Made by a program: the position numbers and the translations under genes. 64,000 nucleotides of DNA from Octopus vulgaris (taxonomy: Eukaryota). The notes under the pieces were generated by a model. The model did no database searches and had not been told where the DNA came from. It saw only the letters and a program-made list of their open reading frames with translations. The stretch spans positions 43,090,001 through 43,154,000 of the forward strand of contig OX597826.1 in the NCBI GenBank assembly GCA_951406725.2, read 5' to 3'. Shown piece by piece: positions 54,661-64,000 of the stretch; position 1 is the first letter of the stretch; each line of letters opens with the position of its first letter.

Positions 54661-55303
54661 AATGTTTTCATTTTTATCTTAATCTTATGCTAAATTTTTA
54701 AACGTATGTAAATTCTTATAACATTTGGTAAACATTAATATTATGTACTGGTTAATATTAATTTTTATCAATAAATTATTTAAAACAACAACACAAAAAC
54801 TAATTTTTCAAAATAATTTGTATTTTTGTCTTCAAATTTTCAAAATCAATTGACATCTATTTACATAATTTATTTATAAAATAGCTATCTAAATACCTAT
54901 CTATTATTCCCTAAACATCTACCTGAACATCCATCCATCTATTTATACACATACAAATATACATACATATATATATATATGTACGTACACAGACACATAT
55001 ATATGAATGTATGTAGTTATCAGATACGACTTTGAAGAATGGTAATTTTTATTTATAAAATAAATAACATACAATACAGATAGACTAAAGATTAGCTGAA
55101 TAATAATGATAAATAATAATAAAAATATAATTTTCCAATAATGAAAATATTTTTCCAATTGTCTGTATTTGCTAATTAGTAAAATGAAAGTAATTAAGCA
55201 CAGATATGTTCAATTGAAAAGATTCATTTTCATTGATATTTCACAGTTTAATTTTACACCGTTTCTGTTGTTATTGCTTTTTTATTATTATAGCTGCAGC
55301 TGC

Positions 55304-55336
<33 letters not shown>

Positions 55337-55354
55337 CATCATCATCATTGTCAT

Positions 55355-56200
55355 GGTGGTGATCTGAAAGAATCGTTAACACGCCGGACAAAATGCTTAG
55401 CCTATTTTTATATTATGAGTTCAAACTCCTGCCTTTTATCTTGTTGGGTTGATGAAATAAGAACTGGTTAAGCACTGGGATCGATGTAATTGACTAACCC
55501 CCTTCCCTCAAATTGCAGGCCTTGTGTCTATAGTAAAAAGAATTATTATTATTGCTGGCCTTGTGCAATGAAAACATTAATACTATTAAGACGGCAAGCT
55601 GGCAGAATCATTAGCACGTTGGACAAAATGCTTAGCAGTATTTTGCCTGTCATTCTGATCTGAGTTCAAATCCTGCTGAGGTCAACTTTGCCTTTGATCC
55701 TTTCTGGGTCGATAAATTAAGTACCAGTTGAACACTGTGGTCAATGTAATCAACTCATTCCTTCCCTCAAAATTGCTGCCCTTGTGGCAAAATTCGAAAC
55801 CCTTATTATTATTATTAAGGCAGCAAGCTGACGGAATTGTTAGCATGCTGGACGAAATGCTTAGTAGTATTTTGCATATTGCTATATTCTGAGTTCAAAT
55901 TCTGCCGAAGTCGACTTTGCCTTTCATCCTTTTGGGGTTGATGAAATAAGTACCAGTTGAAGACTGGGGTCGATATAATCGACTCATCACCTCCCCCAAA
56001 ATTGCTGCCCTTGTGGAAAAATTTGAAACTATTATTATTATAATTATTATTAAGGTAGCGAGCTGGCAGAATCGTTAGTGGCATTTCATCCATCCTTATT
56101 TCACAGTTGATTAAATAGGTACCAGTGAAACACTGGGGTTAATGTAATCGACTAGCTTCCCCCCGCCAAATTTCAGGCCTTGTGCCTTTAGTAGAAAGGA

Positions 56201-56215
<15 letters not shown>
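55355..56215 (+). mobile_element. Tandem array of 4-5 family B-variant SINEs with (ATT)n tails
   Basis: Repeated ggcRRYgagctggcagaatcgttag...ccttgtg...attattatt; similar minus-strand arrays at 19140-19760 and 47670-48120. Confidence 0.8.
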
Positions 56216-56235
<20 letters not shown>

Positions 56236-56689
56236 GACTTACCCCTCACTCAAAATTGCTGGCCTTGTGCCAAAATTAAAAATAATAATTTTTTTTTTGT
56301 TTTTATTTTTGAGAGAGATTTCAACTTGCGATATTATTTTACAGCCAAAGAATATATCTTTGGAATCACAGATTCAGTCGGAATCATACCGAAAAACATA
56401 AAAGCAAACAAACATACAAACAATAAATATATCAAGTATTTATGAATATTATTACATCTGACAAACACAATGTTATATATACAAGATATATTTAAAAACA
56501 AGCTTAAAAAAAAAAAAGCAAAAATATTCTGTGGCTATTTGCCAGGGTAATTTTAACATGTGAAATAGTTGGCAGGGTTATTTTGCAGGCACAGTAGTTA
56601 GTTATCAATGATTTTCATTTTCTTCTTTTAAGGGAAGGAGAATGTCTGTAGCTTGGAATATACATCTTATTTAGACATGTCCACCATGC

Positions 56690-56721
<32 letters not shown>

Positions 56722-57380
56722 GTGGCTACTTCAGTCTAGCAACATATTGATATGAATATGTTGGTTTAAGATTGAAGATGTAAAAGAATATCTATCTTCT
56801 CTTGAATTGAAATGATGAGAGCTAGAGGATATATACAGAAATATGTACACGTGTGCACACACGCACACACACACACTCTTATTTATGTGCATTGCTCAGT
56901 GGTTAGAGCATCAGGCTCACAATCACAAGGTAGTGAGTTCAATTCCCGGGCTGGGCTGTGTGTTGTGCTCTTGAGCAAGACACTTTATTTCTTGTTGCTT
57001 CAGTTTACTCAGCTGTAAGAAATGAGTTGCAATATCAATGGTGCCAAGCTGTATCAGCCTTTGCCTTTCCTTGGATAACATCGGTGGTGTGGAGAGGAGA
57101 GGCTGATATGTATGGGTGACTGCTGGTCTTCCATAAACAACCTTGCCTAGACCTGTGCCTTAGAGGGTAACTTTCTAGGTACAATCCCATGGTCATTCAT
57201 AACTGAAGGCTATATTTACCTTTTACCTTTATCCATACACACATGAGTGTGTGTGTGTTATATTTTTTAATTCTTGTACTTGTTTAAGTCATTATGTTGT
57301 AGCCAACCTGGGTTAGCATTTTCAAGTGAATTTTAATCCATCAAGCTGGTCAAATACTCATTTTAAAGTTTGGTACTTAC

Positions 57381-57430
57381 TATTGTATTCGTCTTTTAAG
57401 ATTGAAGATGTAAAAGAATATCTATCTTCT
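57381..57430 (-). pseudogene. Dynein-like exon remnant, AAA1 lid (partly duplicated at 56765-56815)
   Basis: EDRYSFTSSILK resembles QDHYDFGMRAVK; flanked by AG and GTAAGT. Confidence 0.3.
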
Positions 57431-57561
57431 CTTGAATTGAAATGAATACATGTAAACACACACACACACACGTATATACATTACAAGCACACACACACAC
57501 GCGCATATCTTTATATTATATATATATAGACCAAAGTGTACATATGCTGCTATATATATCA

Positions 57562-58398
57562 AATCAAAATAGATGAACATCAATGGAATTTGTATCTTGT
57601 GGTACCAGTGCCAGTGGCACACAAGAAAACCATCCGAACGTGGCCGTAGCCAGTACCGCATCGACTGGCCTCCGTGCTGTGGGCACGCAACAAACACCAT
57701 CCGATTGTGGCCGTTCGCCAGCCTCATCTGGCACCTGTGTCGGTGGCACATAAAAACACCATCCGAAGACCCGGCAAGACTAGTCAGGCCATAACCCGTG
57801 GCCCCTACCTGGGACGTAGTCAGTCCACCTGTGCATACCTTCCTTCTTGTGACACTTGTGAAGACCTGTTGAGGCAAGTGAAAATCAAATCAAATCAAAT
57901 CAAAACAAATCAAAATAGATGAACATCAATGGAATTTGTATCTTTGTGGACCAGTGCCGGTGGCACACAAGAAAATCATCCGAACGTGGCCGTAGCCAGT
58001 ACCGCATAGACTGGCCTCCGTGCTTTGGGGACGTAACAAACACCATCCGATCGTGGCCGTCCGCCAGCCTCATCTGGCACCTGTGTCGGTGGCACATAAA
58101 AACACCATCCGAGCGTGGCCGTCTGCCAGCCTCGTCTGGCACCTGTGTCGGTGGCACATAAAAACACCATCCGAGCGTGGCCGTTCGCCAGCCTCGTCTG
58201 GCACCTGTGTCGGTGGCACATAAAATCACCCACTACACTCTCGGAGTGGTTGGCGTTAGGAAGGGCATCCAGCTGTAGAAACACTGCCAGATCTGACTGG
58301 CCTGGTGCAGCCTTCGGGCTCCCCAGACCCCAGTTGAACCGTCCAACCCATGCTAGCATGGAAAACGGACGCTAAATGATGATGATGATGATGATGAT
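57562..58398 (+). mobile_element. Dimeric retroposon with 62-bp internal tandem modules
   Basis: Two units share about 200 bp of 5' sequence. The first ends in (AAATC)n, the second in (GAT)n. ctgtgtcggt recurs at 58081, 58143 and 58205. Confidence 0.85.
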
Positions 58399-59272
58399 AT
58401 ATGTATAAAAATACAAAATGGAACAAGAACACAAAGCATCCAGACAGTTAGGTGATACAAGAAAGGGACATTAAAACATCCAGATAGACAATACAAAGCA
58501 AACAAGGACGGGTCATTTGGAGTTTTCTTTCCTCAGTCGAGTTCCAAATTATCTTTGCAATTTTGGCTGGTTATACTCAAGATTGCTCCAATCTGGCCAG
58601 CCCCAAGGAAAAACTAAGCTAAGAGCATTAGATTCCTTGGAAGAGAGCAGTGAATGTATACAAAAACAAGGATGGAAAAAAAAAGACGGAGTTGATTACA
58701 CAAATACAAATAACAGGACATAACAACAGGTGTCTTTCGACCAAGGACGAATTAAATTAAGCTGGCATGTGTGGAAGTAAAGCCTTATGGCAGGGATACA
58801 AGGTTTCAAAGGCACAGGGAAGAATATAGATGTTGCAGGGACAGCGGTTGAACCAAGAAATATATGTATATATACTATCTTCTTTTAACTTGTTTCAATC
58901 ATTGGACTACAACCAGGCTAAGGGATTGTCTTGAAGAATTTCATTGAACAAATCGGTTCCAGTACTTTTTTCTTCAAACCTGGTACTTATTCTGTCAGTT
59001 TTGTTGCCAAACTGCTAAAATGTGGAGACAGACAAAGTAAAACTAGTTGTCAAGTGGTGGTAGGGTACAAATACAACAGAAACACACACACACACACACA
59101 ATGGGCATCTTTAGTTTACTAAATCCATCCACAAGACTTTAGTAGGTCCATTGCTTTAGCAGAAGGCACTTACCCAAGGTGCCATGCAGTGGAACTCTGA
59201 ACCAAAGATCACATGGTTTGGGAAGCAAGCTTCTCAAAACCACAAAGCCAAGATTGTGCCTATATATGTGTG

Positions 59273-59303
<31 letters not shown>

Positions 59304-59361
59304 TTGGTGATGCAAACAGGAAAAACAGAACTCAAAATATGAATATATGTATATTTTTAGG

Positions 59362-59476
59362 AATATTTAGCAGAAGCAACAGGATGACTTTAAGGCTTGG
59401 AGTTTCATGTGTTTGATATGTGTCAATGCACAAAACTCTCGGCCCTCGAATCACTCTGTTGCTTCTGCTAAATATT
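59362..59476. repeat. 115-bp hairpin with perfect 21-bp terminal arms
   Basis: aatatttagcagaagcaacag pairs with ctgttgcttctgctaaatatt; imperfect pairing continues inward. Confidence 0.85.
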
Positions 59477-59524
59477 AATATATATGTGTGTGTGTGATAA
59501 TCATCATCATCATCTAATGTGTGT

Positions 59525-59665
59525 ATTTTCCATTCTGTATGGTCAAGAAGTTCTCTTTATAGCTACAATGTCATGGCTTACTTCCACTGCACAAGCGATT
59601 TCTACTACAGCCACATGCTGACCAATAACTTCATAGATGGACACCGCATAGAAGTTAGCAGTGTA
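59525..59665 (-). pseudogene. Dynein-like exon remnant, end of AAA1
   Basis: TSMRCPSMKLLVSMWL** resembles PVAMMVPDYALIAEISL; contains stops. Confidence 0.35.
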
Positions 59666-60223
59666 CACACACACACACATACATATATATACACACATAC
59701 ATATGTCTGTGTAGAAATGAATATGTAAGAAAAATATAAACACCAAACTTATGCAGATGCAAACACATTTTTGTATAAGAATACTACAGATATGGACACA
59801 CACATGCACACACATACGCACACACACACACACACACACATGTACATAGCTATATTGGTTCACTCATTCCCCAGTACATGCACACACATACCTACATATG
59901 CATACACACACTCACACAACATGCTAATATCGAGAAGAAATATATAGATACACACACACAAACACGCACACACACACACACAGACGCAAACACTGAAGTT
60001 TTTGCATACACACAACATTTGCATATAGACACAAATTTGCATATGATGCACACAAACATGCATATATATGTGCATAAAAACCACGTCTATCTAAACATCT
60101 ATCTCTTTTAGATACGTATAATGTTGATATGTTCGTATTAAACGGAGATATTGCTTCATTTTTGGTGTCCAAAAAACACAATAAACAATAAATATATAGT
60201 GTGAGAGATAGATAGATAGATAG

Positions 60224-60255
<32 letters not shown>

Positions 60256-60609
60256 AAAGTGTGTGTGTGTGTGTGCATGAGCATGTGCTTGTGTGTATAG
60301 AACTGATGTGTCAAAGCATATGGTCAGCAGTTACATGTATCAACAAACACACACACACACATCACAAGCATACACAGATGCTCATATACACACACATGCA
60401 CATACTCAGTCACTTTCATATGTATTATTTATTACACAAAACATTGAACACAAATCACCATTTTTACGCAGGAAGTACATTGAAAGAGTGTGTGTATGGG
60501 GGGGGGGGGATTTATCGAGTCATATACATAAATGCTCATACATGTACATACATGCATCAAAAAATGTATAAATGTGTATACACACACACACATATCTATA
60601 GATATGTAC

Positions 60610-61500
60610 ATACACATACACACTTGTATACACAAATATATAGTTATATAGCCACACACACACACACACTTGTATACACAAATATAGTTATATAGCCATA
60701 CACACACACACACTTGTATACACAAATATATAGTTATATAACCACACACACACACACTTGTATACACAAATATAGTTATATAGCCATACACACACACACA
60801 CACACACTTGTATACACAAATATATAGTTATGTAGTCATACACACACATACACACACACAGATCCATCAATACAAGCTCATAGACATGCATAAATATATT
60901 CACACCACACACATGCATACACATACATTCATCAATACATGCATATACACATATATACACATACATGCACATAAACACACACACAAGAGCTTATGTAAAC
61001 ATACATTCAAAGACATGTATGTACATTCATATGCACACAAATGAATGCAGATACACACACACACACACAAATGCATGCACAGATATACACATACACACAC
61101 ACAAATACATGCACAGATATACACATACACACACACAAATACATGCACAGATATACACATACGCACACACAAATGCATGCACAGCTATACACACACAAAT
61201 GCATGCACAGATATACACATACACACACACAAATACATGCAGATATACACATACACACACATACATGCACACACACACACAAATACATACACACACACAA
61301 ATGCATGCAGAGATATACACATACACACACACAAATACATACATACACATTCACAAATACATACATACACACTCACAAATACATACATACACTCACACTC
61401 ACACACAAATACATACATACACACTCACACACAAATACATACATACACACTCACAAATACACACACACACACATACATACATACATACCTACATACATAC
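60610..61500. repeat. Microsatellite-derived minisatellites (about 38-bp and 34-bp units)
   Basis: (ca)n cttgtatacacaaatatatagttatatagc x6 at 60620-60840; acaaatRcatgcacagatatacacatac repeats at 61040-61340. Confidence 0.9.
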
Positions 61501-62233
61501 ATTTCCCAGCACACACAAATGTACATATACATATGGTGAAAGCTTGTTGGAACAATAGAACAGTGAGATGTGATAACCATTACATGTTATCTATTTTGGT
61601 ATCTCTTTCTGACATTCAAATCCTGCTGGAGTGGATCTTAACTGTTGTTTTACCTCGTGTGTTTGATTAAACAGAAAACTGGCAAAATACTACAAGTCTA
61701 TGGAGCTACAACATTTGCTCAGTGAATGTGTGTGTGTGTGTGTGTTTTATCATCATCATCATCATCATCATTTAGTATCCATCTTCGAGGTTGGCATTAT
61801 TACACATACACACTCATACGTACAGATTAGGCTTTTATGGGCCCCATTCTGCAGGTGTAGTACAGCATAATAACACAGAGACAAAAAATTGTTTACCGAC
61901 CAGTGACTTATTAAAAAATGTGTGTGTATGTTTATGTATATATGTATATATATATACACACACATCATTAGTAAAGTGATCCAATTCCATTGTTTAATAG
62001 TATCTCAGCCAGTAGCTGTGAACAGGTTTAACATGCTGAACTCAAAAATTAAAACCCAAATGGAGTTGATTATCATCATCATCATCATCATCATCGTTTA
62101 TGTATATTTAGAGGAAAACCTCTATTAAACAATTCAATAATGAAAGATGTTATTCACACCATATAGAAAACGTACTATAAAAACCTTATTCTAAAAATCA
62201 ATAAAGTACATATATATATATAGATAGATAGAT

Positions 62234-62421
62234 CAGTGCTCTGCAACCGGTATGCCGTGATACAATAGTGTGCCATGAGATGATGCTAGGTGGGCCACAT
62301 TGTAACCTGAATATCATTTTATCCCCCCTATACTTTCAGTTATATTTTTAGTTTAGGTGTGCCACCGAATTTTGAAAAGAATATAAGTGTACCACAAGTG
62401 AAGAAAGGTTGTAGAGCACTG
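62234..62421. mobile_element. hAT-like MITE
   Basis: TIRs CAGTGCTCTGCAACC and GGTTGTAGAGCACTG. Confidence 0.75.
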
Positions 62422-62456
62422 GTACAGACAGATAGACTTCTTGAGCATAGGGAGCA

Positions 62457-62540
<84 letters not shown>

Positions 62541-63716
62541 CACTTGTGCTGGTGTGCAGGTGACACGTAAAAAAAGAAGATTTTTTTTGTGGCCCTTGCC
62601 AGTACCACCTGACTGGCCCTCATGCTGGTGTGGCACGTAAAAGCACAAACTACACTCTCGGAGTGGTTGGCGTTAGGAAGGGCATCCAACTGTAGAAACT
62701 CTGCCAGATCAAGATTGGAGTCTGGTTTGCCAGTCCTCAGTCAAATCGTCCAACCCATGCTAGCATGGAAAGCAGACGTTAAACGATAACGATGATGATA
62801 TATATATATATATATATATTACTACACATGTAATATAAATGTGAATAAGTGCCTATATAATTGTGTATGCATATCTGCACACATATATATATTTGTTACA
62901 CACATATATACATATATACACTGTATGTGTTGTAGGGTAATCAATATAATTGAGTAATGAAGGGGTGTGATAGATTTATTAAAGTATTGTATTAAATATT
63001 TAGAGCATATTTAGCTTTCGCCCTTTATGCTTCCTGTTGAATCTCTGGCAGGGTCACTTCAAATTGCTGTTGTCAGGGGATACCAAAGAAAAAGGAACAA
63101 ACAAAAAAGAAAAAAAGAAAAAAAAAACTAGCAATCAATTGCACTATATACACCCATCAATCTACAGCTTTGTGTCAAAGTAATACATTAATATATTTCA
63201 GTATTGATTTATGATAAACAACTGTATGTGTGTGTGTGTGTATATATATATATTTTTTTTTTCTTTTATTTGTTTCAGTCATTTGACTGCAACCATGCTG
63301 GAGTGCTGCCTTTAGTCAAACAAATCAACCCCAGGACTTACTCTTTATAAGCCTAGTACTTATTCTATTGGTCTCTTTTGCCGAACTGCTAAGTTACGGG
63401 ATGTAAACACACCAACATCAGTTGTCAAGTGATGGCGGGGATGGAGACAAACACAGACACTCACAAATATATACATACACACATTATATTTTCAATCTCT
63501 CATACCAAAGAGGTCTTCAGTTGGTCGTATGCAACATAATTAGTTAGCTGTTAAATTAACAGAAATATTTCAATATGTACCAGTCTCCATATTTTTTGTA
63601 ATTGTTATGTAGTCACACACCTGAAAATATTCATAATCCAATGACATAAGTCAAATTTACCCATCAGAAGAATTAAAGTGGGATTGCTCACCCTAAACTA
63701 CCTTTGGTGTTCTTAC

Positions 63717-64000
63717 TATTTGATATACTTAGCCAGAACCTGGACTATGCCTGAGAGCCCTTATGGTACCAACCTAGATAATCTATCCATATATACCCAT
63801 CATGTATGTGATGGACTCTCCCATCGAAGATGGCGAATGAGAGTTCAGCCTTTTCAAACAAGTTGTACAAATGATTTGTTTATAATGATCAAATGCTTGT
63901 GCTGCACAGTAGCTCACTCTCTCCATCAAATCAACCTTATCTGAACAGGTGTACAGTGTACCACCATGCATCAGGTGTAGAAGTGATTGCAGGGTAACAC
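63717..64000 (-). pseudogene. Dynein-like exon remnant, AAA1
   Basis: VTLQSLLHLMHGG...SMGESITYMMGIYG*II resembles DHC TLMGALHLNLGG...AMGKFFKGLASAGAWAC. The Walker A motif is lost. GTAAGA donor at 63711-63716. Confidence 0.55.

Larger units (their letters stand above)
2514..64000 (-). pseudogene. Decayed multi-exon dynein heavy chain-like locus (DNHD1/axonemal DHC-like), motor domain AAA1 to AAA6; extends beyond the window
   Basis: About 20 unique minus-strand islands translate to peptides resembling DHC motifs in collinear order. Many have polypyrimidine+AG acceptors. In-frame stops and frameshifts are frequent. Each match is weak alone; the collinearity is the main evidence. Confidence 0.6.

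Noticed and set aside
57900-58232. CRISPR-like array
   Set aside because: Eukaryotic context, no cas genes, variable parts only 6-11 nt, and the array lies inside a dispersed retroposon
58081-58232. Assignment of the 62-nt module to pistol, HDV or twister ribozymes
   Set aside because: P1 plus an A-rich linker resembles pistol, but P2/P3 and the catalytic motifs are absent; no HDV nested double pseudoknot could be built
58515-58545. Hammerhead-like CUGAGGA..GAAA on the minus strand
   Set aside because: No stem II between the core motifs and no convincing stems I or III
60261-61670. His/Thr- and Cys/Val-rich ORFs up to 209 aa
   Set aside because: Products of CA-rich minisatellites, open in many frames on both strands
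2514-64000. Intact functional dynein gene
   Set aside because: Multiple frameshifts, stops at non-Trp positions and a destroyed AAA1 Walker A; a few exon boundaries may be misjudged, but not enough to restore a reading frame

Overview
AT-rich, repeat-dense eukaryotic DNA. The SINE and MITE repertoire and the microsatellite load suggest a cephalopod, probably Octopus (inference, no database check). I found no intact protein-coding gene; most ORFs in the track are microsatellite or SINE artefacts. Manual translation of the unique islands on the minus strand gives about 20 exon-like remnants, many behind polypyrimidine-AG acceptors. They match dynein heavy chain motifs in the correct order across the whole window: AAA1 at ~64 kb, AAA2, AAA3/4, stalk, AAA5, then AAA6/lid at ~2.5 kb. 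They carry stops and frameshifts, so this is most likely a decayed DNHD1/axonemal-dynein-like locus. The introns hold several tRNA-derived SINE families, TTAA- and hAT-type MITEs, a complete non-autonomous Helitron and LINE fragments. They also hold a Penelope-like repeat with two hammerhead ribozyme motifs, a retroposon with tandem hairpin+pseudoknot modules showing covariation, and a CpG-rich ETS/YY1 promoter-like site. Coordinates were read by eye and may be off by a few bases; protein similarities are from remembered motifs, not from alignments.
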